In this document: piece after piece, positions 9,553 through 19,282 of the stretch
Numbering within the stretch: the first letter of the stretch is position 1
Layout of the letters: each line of letters opens with the position of its first letter
Assembly (NCBI GenBank): GCA_963790305.1
Contig: CAWBOC010000004.1
Coordinates: 10,476-74,475, forward strand
Source: an uncultured Gemmatimonadaceae bacterium
GTDB lineage: Bacteria > Gemmatimonadota > Gemmatimonadetes > Gemmatimonadales > Gemmatimonadaceae
DNA: 64,000 nt
Reading direction: 5' to 3'
Notes under the pieces: generated by a model
What the model was told of the DNA's origin: nothing
What the model saw: only the letters and a program-made list of their open reading frames with translations
Databases searched by the model: none
Program-made: the position numbers and the translations under genes

Positions 9553-9599
9553 TGCCCAGGTAGTGCACCGAATATGAACAGTTATTGCACGGGATGCAA
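9553..9599 (-). promoter_or_regulatory. Sigma70-type promoter overlapped by four 11-bp-periodic repeats (CarH-type operator)
   Basis: Minus strand: TTGCAT-N17-CATATT. Plus strand: TGCCCA, TGCACC, TGAACA, TGCACG start at 9553, 9564, 9575, 9586. Confidence 0.65.
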
Positions 9600-9739
9600 G
9601 GGCCAGGGAATCTTTCGACACATCCCATGCCGAAGCACCCGCGTGCTCCACCCGTCGTGGAGCGAGCGCTTCGACGCCCTCAATGAGTGGTCGACGACCT
9701 CAAACGGGAGGAAGGACGATGCAATCGTCCCACCGACCA

Positions 9740-9850
9740 TCAGTGGCGCAGCATCCGCCCGAAGTTTCGGATCATGTACACGTCCTTCTTCTCGATGTAA
9801 CTGAACACCGCCACGTGCCGGCCATTGTTCGACACGCTGAAATCCGCGCG
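9740..9850 (-). pseudogene. C-terminal remnant of a TolB/PD40-type protein
   Basis: ADFSVSNNGRHVAVFSYIEKKDVYMIRNFGRMLRH* resembles the ends of the PD40 proteins at 13968 and 57822; no N-terminus. Confidence 0.35.
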
Positions 9851-10328
9851 CGTGTGTGGCAAGGTTCCCACTCGCCTGGCGGTCGGTCTCATCGCACCAT
9901 GCCAGGCCGTCCGCCCCACGCAGCTATTGGTCTCAGCGGCCCTGCTCTTCTCGGGCGCGTGCCATCGCGCACCCGCTCCGCCTCCTGAAGCAAGGGTGGC
10001 CGAGCCGCGGGAACACCCTGCACAATTGACGGACGACCGGAGGGTCATCCGCTTTGCAGGAGTCGACGTCGTTCCGATAGGTCGCTCAGAATTCCTGATT
10101 CGGATTCACAGCGCGCTGGTTGGGGATGGTGAGCCGCTCTATGTGATCGATGAGGTCCGCATCACGATCCCGCCAAACCGCGGCATCCACTGGTTCAGGC
10201 CCGAAGACATCTCCGACGTCAAAGTGCTGAAGCTCCCGTACGAGTTGGCGGAGTACGGCCCGGCCGGCGTGAATGGTGTCATCGTCATCACCACGAAGCA
10301 GGTGTCGGGACCGCGCCAAAGACGTTAG
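9825..10328 (+). CDS. Stand-alone TonB-dependent receptor plug-domain lipoprotein
   Basis: Lipobox FSGAC; EPLYVIDE...PEDISDVKVLK...YGPAGVNGVIVITTK; no barrel follows; start uncertain. Confidence 0.75.
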   Translation: MFDTLKSARVCGKVPTRLAVGLIAPCQAVRPTQLLVSAALLFSGACHRAPAPPPEARVAEPREHPAQLTDDRRVIRFAGVDVVPIGRSEFLIRIHSALVGDGEPLYVIDEVRITIPPNRGIHWFRPEDISDVKVLKLPYELAEYGPAGVNGVIVITTKQVSGPRQRR

Positions 10329-10340
10329 GTGGGCGCGTCG

Positions 10341-10956
10341 TCATACGGACTGGCGTCGCGAGCCGAACGCGAGTCTCCTTGGCAAGCACCGTTGCCCACG
10401 GCACCTTGGACAACGGCTACACCAATTCAGTTGGAGAGCGTGCGATCGGCGCAGTGACCAACCGGTGACGATCCCCTTCACGATTTCGAACAGCGCGAGT
10501 GGCTTCGGCTTGTTGCGCTTCCCGTAGACCACGCTCGTTGCGTCGACCAGGATGAGCGCGAACCGCGGGTCGTTCGGGCCGCCATCGCGGCTGCCGCCCT
10601 CATCACCTGAACCACGCCTTCCAGTCCGGCTTGTAGAGCTGCCGGATCATTCCGCGATCGGTGGTGATCGTCGCCGTTCCGCTCACCGAGACCCACTCCC
10701 AGCTCTTCACGTTGTAGTAGGCGAGCGAGACGTTGGGGTCGCCGACGAGCTCGTCGATCTTCCCGCTCTCGATGTCGGTGACGAACCAGACGTCGACGCC
10801 CGGCTCGCGCTTCTGCGTGGCCATCGGCCTGGTGACGAGGCGGCCGTCGCGCCGACGCGTGGTGAGCATCGCGATCTCGATGCCTTCGACCAGCCCGTAG
10901 AATTCATTGATCTTTTTCGTGAGCGGAACGTCGTCCGCGTACTTCGTGCTCGACAT
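10341..10956 (-). CDS. Pyridoxamine 5'-phosphate oxidase-like general stress protein (frameshift near 10605; C-terminus possibly disrupted)
   Basis: IAMLTTRRRDGRLVTRPMATQ, VWFVT, WVSVSGTA, WKAWF, then DPRFALILVD in another frame. Confidence 0.8.
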
Positions 10957-11104
10957 GGGGTGCTCCAGGAGAGGAAGAGGACGGCCTCCAGGGCAGGACG
11001 CATGCCGTTGCGCCCACCGCACGCACCGGGAGACAGGCGCGAGGATGCGCGGTAGTGTTAAGGTAGTGCTCACGATCCAAGATTCCGGCGACTACGCATC
11101 CGCA

Positions 11105-11527
11105 ATGCGTCCACAACCCTTGATCGCAGTCAGCAATGTCGAAGCGAGCAGCCGCTGGTATCAGCGCCTGCTCGGCTGCCAGAGTGCGCACGGTGGCGCG
11201 GAATACGAACGACTCGTCTCGGGCGATGGGCTGATGCTCCAGCTGCACCGGTTCGATGTCGCACACCATCACGGAGCAATCGGCGACCCGAAGGACAAGC
11301 CCTACGGGAATGGCGTGCTCCTGTGGTTCGAGATCGGGGACTTCAATGCCGCCGTCGCACGGGTGGCCGAGCTGAAAGCGCCGATCATCCTCCCTCGCCA
11401 TCGCAATCCCCCGGATGGCGACGGCGGCCCCAATCACTGGGAGATCTGGCTACGCGATCCTGACGGGTACACGGTGGTCCTCTCGAGCCCGGACGGGACC
11501 GCCGACGGCAACTGGAGGCCTGTATGA
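11105..11527 (+). CDS. VOC/glyoxalase family protein
   Basis: PLIAVSNVEASSRWYQRLLG...EIWLRDPDGYTVVL. Confidence 0.85.
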   Translation: MRPQPLIAVSNVEASSRWYQRLLGCQSAHGGAEYERLVSGDGLMLQLHRFDVAHHHGAIGDPKDKPYGNGVLLWFEIGDFNAAVARVAELKAPIILPRHRNPPDGDGGPNHWEIWLRDPDGYTVVLSSPDGTADGNWRPV

Positions 11528-11898
11528 CAGAGACGGTGGCGGCACAACGTATCGTTCACCGGTGGTACGCCAGACCCGTGTTCTTCGTTGCCGATGTGAA
11601 CCGTGCACTTCGGTTCTACATCGACATGCTCGGGTTCGAAAAGGCGTGGCACTCGGGCGACGGAACAGGCACGGTCTGCCAGGTCAATCGCAGTGACTGC
11701 GAGATCATCCTGTGCCAGGAGGCCACCCGCGGAGACAAGGCGCGTTTGTTCGTCGAGCTGACCGCCGAGGGACTTGCAGCGTTCCGCCAGGAGCTCGCCG
11801 AGCGTTCAGTGCCTAACAACCAATCGTGGTGGGGCTACGACGTCGTCCAGATCCACGATCCGGACGGCAACGAGCTGCTCTTCCCGTTTCCCGACTGA
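11524..11898 (+). CDS. VOC/glyoxalase family protein
   Basis: PVFFVADVNRALRFYIDMLGF...WWGYDVVQIHDPDGNELLF; ATGA overlap with the previous gene. Confidence 0.85.
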   Translation: MTETVAAQRIVHRWYARPVFFVADVNRALRFYIDMLGFEKAWHSGDGTGTVCQVNRSDCEIILCQEATRGDKARLFVELTAEGLAAFRQELAERSVPNNQSWWGYDVVQIHDPDGNELLFPFPD

Positions 11899-11910
11899 TC
11901 ATCAGCGGGA

Positions 11911-13847
11911 CTACGCGGGCGTCGGAGTCCGCTCCGCTCCGACGCGCCGACGTGTCGCGTCCTCGACCTCCCGCTGGGCCTCGGCGAGTCGGCTCAGGTC
12001 CTCGCCAATCAGGCGCGCGGCATCCACGAGCGTCGTGAGCGGCGCGAGATCGCCGGCCCCGGCGTGCAAGCGAAGCAGATCGAGACGTATCCCTTCGAGC
12101 GCGGCGACGCTCTCGGCGAGGTGAGTCGCCGCCACCTTCTTCCGCGCAGCCAGGACTTCCGCGCCGCCCGACTCGTTAGGGGCGAGCGCGCGCGAGCGCT
12201 TCGATTTCCGCGCGTGCGTCGGCCGCGCGCGCTTCGAGTGCGGCGACGATCGACGGGAGGCTCGGCGAGATCCTCTCGATATGCCTTCGGCAACGCGGCA
12301 AAGAGCTCGGACGCGGCGACGCCGAGCGCCGCCTCCGTCGCGCGAAACGCGGAAGCGCCCGCGAGCTGCGAGCGTTCCGGCGCGCCGAGCCGGCGGGCGA
12401 GCCACTCTCCCGCGCGGCTGTTCCAGAGGCGCTCGCGGATCCCCCGTCTGCCACCACCTTCTGAACCGCGGTGGGAATGAACTGAACGTCGAGCGCGTTG
12501 CTCGCCGCTCCAGTAGCAACGTGGCAAGCACGGGTGCGAACGATGAAATCGCGTCGCCGGCTGATTTTCATGGACTACGCCCGAGGCAAGCAGGCCAAAG
12601 GTCACCGCGAGCCAGGTCGCCGCGCCACGGTGGCGGCTCGCAGGATCCGATGACGCGCGGGGCTCCTCTTTCTCTCGAACGACCGCCTCCGTCTCGGCTC
12701 GCTCGCGCCGATCGACCTCGAGCGCAGCGCGCAGGTCGGACAGCGTGTGTCCTGCGCGGAACTGCCGGTACGCCTGGTTGAGGTGGAACCCGACGATGGG
12801 AAACGAGCGGCAACGAAGTGATCGCCGGCGAGGATCACAATGTCCGCCGGACCGTCGGGCCGGTTGACCGGTCACCCAGACGGCGAGATTCACCAGCGTG
12901 AGGGTGCCCCACGCTCGCGCTCCACCCCAGATAGGGGACGAGGAGCGGATTCCGCGCGCCGAGCCAGGCGCGCAGCGTGGTCGGCAGCGCCGGCCGCGCG
13001 TCGGCCGGCGGGGCGAGCGCTTCGGCCAGCGCCTCGCCGTCGCTGAATCGGGCGGCGGGGTCGCGCGCGAGACACCGGTCGATCGCCGCGCCGAGAGCGG
13101 GAGGCAGTCCGGGAGCCGCGCGCATCACGCTCGGCGGCGTCCTCGCGTGGCCTGGCGGAGGAGCAGCGCGGGGACAGTCGGCGCCTCGTAAGGCAGCCGC
13201 CCGCTCACCGCGAGATATCCGACGACGCCGAGCGCGTAGATGTCGCTTCTCCCGTCGATGGACTCGCTCGCGGCCTGCTCCGGGCTCATGAACTGCGCCG
13301 TGCCCATGATCTTCCCCGGATCGGTCACGAGGCCGGGATCGCGGCCGCCATGCGCGATGCCGAAGTCGGTGACGAGCGCGCGTCCCGTGCGCGCCTCGAG
13401 CAGGATGTTGTCCGGCTTCACGTCGCGATGCACGATACCGCGTCCATGCGCGTACGCGAGCGCCCAGGCGACCTCGCGCAGGATGCGCGTTGCTTCGGCC
13501 GGCGGCAGTGGACCGCGCGTCCGGAGTCGCTCGCCGAGCGTCTCGCCTTCGACGTAGCTCATGACGAAGAAGACGAAGCCGCCAACCTCGCTCACGCGAT
13601 GGATCGGGACGATGTGCGGGTGTGAGAGTCCCGCCGCCATCCGCGCCTCGCGAAGAAACCGCTCGCGCGCCTCCGCCCTGTGGGCGAGATGGCTTGGCAG
13701 GACCTTGATGGCGACGTCGCGGTCGAGCTGCACGTCGCGCGCGAGGTAGACGATCCCCATGCCGCCCCGGCCGAGCTCGCGCTGGAGCGAGTATTCACCG
13801 GCCAGGGCGGTCTGCAGGTCGAGGAACTCGGGCGAGGGGTGGGTCAT
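11911..13847 (-). CDS. Hanks-type Ser/Thr protein kinase with membrane and coiled-coil C-terminus (several frameshifts)
   Basis: LGRGGMGIV, VAIK, HRDVKPDN, DFG, GTAQFMSPE; continuation spread over ORFs 12835-13128, 12009-12893, 12176-12571, 11911-12531. Confidence 0.85.
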
Positions 13848-13892
13848 GAGATGAAAATACCAGACTGGCCGACCTTTTTGCGAATGGCGACC

Positions 13893-13930
13893 TGCATTTT
13901 TTTAACGCAGAGGCCGCGTTAAGAAAAGCA
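13893..13930. other. AT-rich palindrome/hairpin between the propeller gene and the kinase gene
   Basis: TGCATTTTTTTAACGC-AGAGGCC-GCGTTAAGAAAAGCA. Confidence 0.45.
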
Positions 13931-13967
13931 GTTGAAGCTACGCCTAGATGCATTGGGAGGCCCACAA

Positions 13968-15254
13968 CTACCTCGACCTCGACCGGATCATCACCAGCTC
14001 CTCGCCGCTCGGGAACACGTCGTAGTTCGTCACGTCGTGCCGCTCGTAGATGTCCGCGAAGAGGGCCTCCACCCGCTCGATGGTTAGGCGTTCGCCACGC
14101 CGCACCGTCGCACGCATCATCCGATCGGGGCTTCGATAGAAGAGGTGCCGCCCGTCGGGACTCCACACTGGCTGCGTGCCGCCGCCTTGCGACACTCGCA
14201 CGCGTCTCGACGGGTCGCGGAGGGGCATGACATAGACCTCGAGCTGTCCGGTCTCGTCGCTCGCGTACGCCAGCAGTTGTCCATCACGAGACAGTCGCAG
14301 GTCCACCTCGACCGCGCGGGTCACGCCGAATGGACGAAGCGCGCCAGGATCGCGTACGGGCCCGATCCACATGTCGTTGTTTCCACCGATTCCACGTACG
14401 ACCCAATCGCCATCCAGCGGACCGAGCGCGACGTTGAGGATCGGAGACTCGGTCCGCAGCAACTGACGCGGGGGGGCGCCGCCGTCCCACTGCTGTGACA
14501 CCACGCGACTCGTCCAGCCGATCTCTCCGTCGTCGACGGCCAGGTAGACGAGGTTCCTGGAGTCGGACGACCAGCCAAAGGGTTTGACGCCGGTGAAGTC
14601 GCGGGTGAGTCTCGTCAGGCTCCGCGACGGGAGATCGTAGACCCAGATATCCCATCGTCCATCCCCGGTAGCCACTTCGACGGCGATCCGTTTGCCATCG
14701 GGAGAGATCTTCGGCCACGCGAAGTACGCGGTATCGAGCACGGTCGGCCCCCGCGATCCCGCATTCTTTGTCATGTCGACGAGCGGGCGCTCTTCACCAC
14801 GAAGGTTCACGCCGACGAGACTGTAGCTGTTGGCGGCAATCACCGGCTGCGGCGAGGCCGCGGGCCCATTGCCCTCCGTATTCGCCGCCCGCTGATCGAA
14901 CTGCCTCACGACGGCCATCCCGCCCACACCCAGCGCCACAAAACTCGCCGCGAGCAGGAGCCAGCGACGACGCGTGTGCGACACAGGCGCTACCACTGTG
15001 TCCTCTGCGTTAGGCGGCGCCGACACCTCTTCGGACACCGGAGCAACGAAGCCGAGCGGTGATTCGACCGGGGCCAGCCACGCGTTGGCCTCGGCGTCCG
15101 CCTGGAGCAGCGCCTCGACGGTCGATCGAAGCTCCGGGTCCTTCGCCCCGATCGCCGTGAGACGGTCGGCGCGACCCGCCGCGTCGAGCTCGACGATCTC
15201 CTCGAACGCGGCGCGGATTTGCTCCCACCGAAGGCCCGCGAGCGTCGACGTCAC
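13968..15254 (-). CDS. Membrane-anchored TolB/PD40 propeller protein with an ECF-associated-kinase-type leader but no kinase domain
   Basis: GTG 15254 overlaps the sigma stop. Leader RWEQIRAAFEEIVEL...DPELRSTVEALLQAD, one TM helix, then PD40 repeats (PKISPDGKRIA, LSRDGQLLAY, PVWSPDGRHLFY). Confidence 0.8.
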   Translation of the reverse strand: MTSTLAGLRWEQIRAAFEEIVELDAAGRADRLTAIGAKDPELRSTVEALLQADAEANAWLAPVESPLGFVAPVSEEVSAPPNAEDTVVAPVSHTRRRWLLLAASFVALGVGGMAVVRQFDQRAANTEGNGPAASPQPVIAANSYSLVGVNLRGEERPLVDMTKNAGSRGPTVLDTAYFAWPKISPDGKRIAVEVATGDGRWDIWVYDLPSRSLTRLTRDFTGVKPFGWSSDSRNLVYLAVDDGEIGWTSRVVSQQWDGGAPPRQLLRTESPILNVALGPLDGDWVVRGIGGNNDMWIGPVRDPGALRPFGVTRAVEVDLRLSRDGQLLAYASDETGQLEVYVMPLRDPSRRVRVSQGGGTQPVWSPDGRHLFYRSPDRMMRATVRRGERLTIERVEALFADIYERHDVTNYDVFPSGEELVMIRSRSR

Positions 15255-15844
15255 CTGGCGATCCCCTGGAGCTCGAACGCGAGCCATGCACGCGCCGATC
15301 GCAGCTCGCGTTTCACCGTCGCCAGCGAGACACTGCATGCGGCACTGGTCTCCTCGAGAGACAGCCCCCCGAAATACCGATGCTCCAGCATCTGGCTTTG
15401 CCGGGGATTCAGCACCGCCAGCCGCTCCAGCGCCTCATGCAGCTCGACGATCGCGTCCAGATCGGAATCCGTCATGAAGGTGGCTTCTTCGAGCTCGACC
15501 GCAGTCGCACCACTGCCTCGCTTGGCGGCCAGGCGCGCGCGCGCATGATCGATGAGGAGGTTGCGCATGATCTGGCCGGCGAGCGCGAGGAAATGCGCGC
15601 GATCGGACAGGTCCACATTCGGCGCAGCCACGAGACGCATGTAGGTCTCGTGAACAATGGCGGTGGTTGTCAGCGAAATGTTGACGTTTCCACCGCCCCG
15701 CCGCTGATGCGCGAGGTCCTTCAATCGGTCGTACACGAGCGGGATGAGTCGGTCGCGCGCCTGCGCATCACCGCCGCTCCATTGCCGAAGCAGGCCGGCG
15801 ACGTCCGCGGACGCAGGGCCCTCGTCAGTGAGCCGTTCGACCAT
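15251..15844 (-). CDS. ECF sigma factor, kinase-associated ECF43 / TIGR02999 type
   Basis: LLRQWSGGDAQARDRLIPLVYDRL, TTAIVHETYMRL, MRNLLIDHAR..AAKRG, RYFGGLSLEE, TVKRELRSARAWL. Confidence 0.9.
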   Translation of the reverse strand: MVERLTDEGPASADVAGLLRQWSGGDAQARDRLIPLVYDRLKDLAHQRRGGGNVNISLTTTAIVHETYMRLVAAPNVDLSDRAHFLALAGQIMRNLLIDHARARLAAKRGSGATAVELEEATFMTDSDLDAIVELHEALERLAVLNPRQSQMLEHRYFGGLSLEETSAACSVSLATVKRELRSARAWLAFELQGIAR

Positions 15845-15902
15845 GCGATCTCGTTCCCCTTGGGTGAGCTCGTGCTCACAGCACTCACCCTGGAGGTTCG
15901 CC

Positions 15903-16421
15903 ATGCGTTCCCTGCCCGGCACCACCCGCGGCCCCCGCTGGAGGAGCGTCACGCTCCTGGCCCTTACAATGGCGGCGAGCGGTGCGTGCCATCATTCGGC
16001 ACGCGAGCGCCAAGCACCGTTGCCCGTCGACACATTGGACAACGGCTACACCAGTTCCGTTGGAGAGCATTCAGTGGGCGCCGTGAGATCGCTCGGGGCC
16101 AATGAGATCGCTCGGCTGAGAGTCAGAACCGTGGACGACCTTCTGGCTGGACGCGTCCCTGGGCTTCGCGTGCGGCCCACGCCAAACGGCGGCTTCGCGG
16201 TTCGCGTCAGCAGCATCGCGACGCGCAACGGGTACGCCGAGCCGTTGTTGATCATTGATGACGTGCCCGTCGCGCTTCTGCCCGGCGAAGAGCTGACCTG
16301 GCTCGATCCCGCGAAAATCCTTCGCATCGATGTGTTGAAGGATCCGGCAGAAACGAGCGTCTACGGCGTGCGCGGAGCGAATGGGGTGATCGTCATTCGT
16401 ACCCTTCGCGGGTCGCGATGA
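15903..16421 (+). CDS. Stand-alone TonB plug-domain lipoprotein
   Basis: GGAGG RBS, lipobox ASGAC; LLAGRVPGLRV, EPLLIIDD, IDVLKDPAETSVYGVRGANGVIVIRT; no barrel. Confidence 0.82.
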   Translation: MRSLPGTTRGPRWRSVTLLALTMAASGACHHSARERQAPLPVDTLDNGYTSSVGEHSVGAVRSLGANEIARLRVRTVDDLLAGRVPGLRVRPTPNGGFAVRVSSIATRNGYAEPLLIIDDVPVALLPGEELTWLDPAKILRIDVLKDPAETSVYGVRGANGVIVIRTLRGSR

Positions 16422-16521
16422 GAGCGCTGAGGAGTTCACGTGACCTGGCGTCGCGAGCCCGGCGGCGGAGTGGGGATAGCTATGGATTACGATCGCTACA
16501 GACAGCCCGCCGCCTGACGGC

Positions 16522-17824
16522 TCACTCGAGCGAGCCCGCGAGTGCCTTCGCTGCGGCACGCTCCCCGACGCCGTGGCCGGCATGGATGTCGAACAGGTAG
16601 TGGATTCCGGCGTAAACGCGCGACATCCCCGCCTCTTCCACCTGGTCGTCGAGCCACTCGCGCTCGCTGGGGAACTCGTGCGCCAGCACCGCGCCGAACG
16701 CGCTCGAAATGCACGAGTGGGCCGACGGGTATGACGGGTGGTTGGGGATCGCGAACGCGAGCAGCGGGGTGATCCGGGCGTCAACGTGCGATGGCCGCGG
16801 CAGCCAGTACTTGAACTTCGTCGCGAAGCAGTCGATCTGCGCGTCGAACGCGGCGACGTTGGCGTAGGCGAGAATGCGCGCCGCATCTCTCTCCGTGCCG
16901 TGCTGCGATACGATCAGCTCGTCGGCGACCCGGTTCCATTCGCCCGCGGTGAAGGGACCGGCCGGCGCGACCTTGTTCCACTTCCGTGCGATCTCCACCT
17001 GTGCTGCGCGCAGCTCCAGAGGGAGCACGGTCACGATCGCGTACACCTCGGCAGCGGCGTCGCGGAGCTCTTGCGAGCCGATGGCGGGTGGCGGGAGTGC
17101 CTGGAGGAAGTCGCCCGACTCGGACTCAGGGACGAACGGGAACGCGTTCGGCTCGAGGAAGAACGGTTTGACGCCGTAGAGCGAGCGGACGGTCGCGCCG
17201 TTGGGGACCCAGTAGCCAGGCTCGGTCGGCCGTGGCGGGATGGGCACCGCGAGGTAGCGGTCCTGTGCCGCCTGGGCCAGGACGGCTTCGCCAACCGCGC
17301 GGCCGATCCTGTCCCCCGCGGCGATGAACCCCGGCGCGCGTGCGTCCTCGTCGAACTTCCTTGTCAGAAAGTCGAGGATCTGTTGCCGTACGGGCTCGGA
17401 CAGCTCCGACCTCGCCCCGAAGAACGAGCTGAGCACGGTGAACGACGCGCTGGCGACCGCGGAAGAGACACGCGGGATCTCAGGCATGTTCGTCGGTGCC
17501 GACGAAGCCGACGGTACCGACGCCGCCAGCGCCGCGCGGTACTGCGCGAGCGAAAGGTAGGTCAGCATGCGGCTCGCCCAGGCCTGTCCATTCGGGGGCG
17601 CTGGCACTCCCAGCGGTAGGTCGTCCGACACCGTTCCCTGCAGCAGGTCGGTTGCCCGCAGGTTCCAGCGCGTGGTCGCGAGCGCTTCCCAAAACTTCAC
17701 CACATCGACGTGCGCGGTCGTCGTAGCCGCCGGTCGAGTCGGCGCGTCGGCGCATCCCGCACAACGTCGTGGCGGCCGCGAGGCCAACTGACAGCGCCCT
17801 CCAGCATCGTGTTTTCGAGAACAT
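16522..17824 (-). CDS. Vanadium-dependent haloperoxidase / PAP2-like secreted protein (frameshift in the signal region)
   Basis: KFKYWLPRP, HPSYPSAH, SRVYAGIHYLFD motifs; ATG 17824 with GGGGA RBS. Confidence 0.85.
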
Positions 17825-17850
17825 GGATTCCCCCGGAGATTCGATAGACG

Positions 17851-19103
17851 TCACCGGATCACGGACACTGTGTTGGTGCCGGCGGGATCTACCGGCACGC
17901 TCGGCGTCGCCAGAACGTCGATCTGTTTGCTCACACCGTGGAGCTCGATCGTGACGTGGTTGTTCGTTCCGGCGATTCCCGAAAGAGCGTCGCGGCGCGC
18001 GCCCCACGCTTGGAAATTGACGCCGAGGTTATTCGCGACCTTCGATCCCCAGAGCGCAACCGTCACCCTGTTGGATGACGTGACGTTCACCTGAGTGACC
18101 GAGAGGCCGCCGACGACGCGGATCCCTCCTGAGCCCAGGCCGCCGAGCGCGGCCCTGTTGTCAGTGAATTGGGAACCGCGCGCCTCGAAAATCGTGGAGT
18201 TCGAGCTCGCGACACCGGCCCCCCCTTGGCTGAGGCCGCCTGCGATCTGGCACCCAAGCTCATTGGCGAAGAATCGGTCACCCGACGATCGCACCTCGAT
18301 GACGGCGTTGCTCGATCGATTGTTCGCGACGATACAGCCTAGCTGAAAACCGTGGGTCCGATTGCCGCGTAGAGTCGCGACGATGGCTGCTCCGTCCGCT
18401 CCGACGAAGTTGGCCACTCGAATACCCTCGCTCATCCCTGACCACCCGACTCGGGCCGAGGAACTCGTTGTCGACGATCTCGGCATCGATGCGCCGTCCG
18501 GCACCGCTGGCCGCACCCACATTCCTCACGTCGACGCCGCGGGAGCTTCCGCGGAGACGACATGCGCGACTCGGATCCGCGTGCTGGGCGTGCCCGGAAG
18601 CTCCGTCGCGATGCCTGCGGCCGCCTCCGGATTCCCCACGACGGTCAGCCATTCGATCGCGTTGCTGCCTCGGCCGATCCGGATCGGCGCAGTGCGGCCA
18701 AACGAGAACGTTGAACGACGACGTCGGAAGGCTCACTCGGCATCGATTACAACGGCGGATCGTTCATCCGTGACGCCGTACAGCGACATGTCCCGTTGCA
18801 GCTCCAGCCGTCCGGCATTGGTTCGCGCGACACCTGCCGCATCGGTCGCCGAGAGCACGTAGGTGCCTGGCGCCAGAATGATGGCGGCGCCTTCGTTCGC
18901 GGCGTCGTTAACCGCGGCGTAGAGCTGCTCCACATCCGCGATGTGTAGAGCGGTCGGGGACACGCTTAGCTGCGGCTGGCCTCGAAGGGATGAACCGTCA
19001 GCGGCAGCTGCTCCCGTGAGCCGTTCGCCCGCCTGGTCGCAGGCAACCGCCATTGCGAGCACTAACGCGAGCAGAGCCGTACAATGCTTCGCCTGGAAAT
19101 CAT
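17851..19103 (-). CDS. Secreted/lipoprotein with possible right-handed beta-helix (multiple frameshifts)
   Basis: Lipobox AVAC; EQLYAAVND...IILAPGTYVL; Asn/Gly-rich repeats; pieces in 3-4 frames. Confidence 0.55.
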
Positions 19104-19282
19104 GGTGACCCCGGGTCCAAGAATGCGTGCGACCGTATGATCGCGACGGGGTTGCTCGCAATGGCGGACATCTGTCGGTTTTCTTATTCTTTCTGACTTA
19201 GGTGCACATAACGACATTCGAGTCGCCGATGCGTCAGGGCGTGAACGGTTGCCGCCGATGCACCGTAGACAGAGGCAGTGGC

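Noticed and set aside
8562..9700. Cobalamin riboswitch near the B12-binding regulator
   Set aside because: No recognisable B12-box or conserved riboswitch core, and the intergenic gaps are short
13893..13930. Rho-independent terminator
   Set aside because: The hairpin is followed by A-rich rather than U-rich sequence on both strands; kept only as a palindrome
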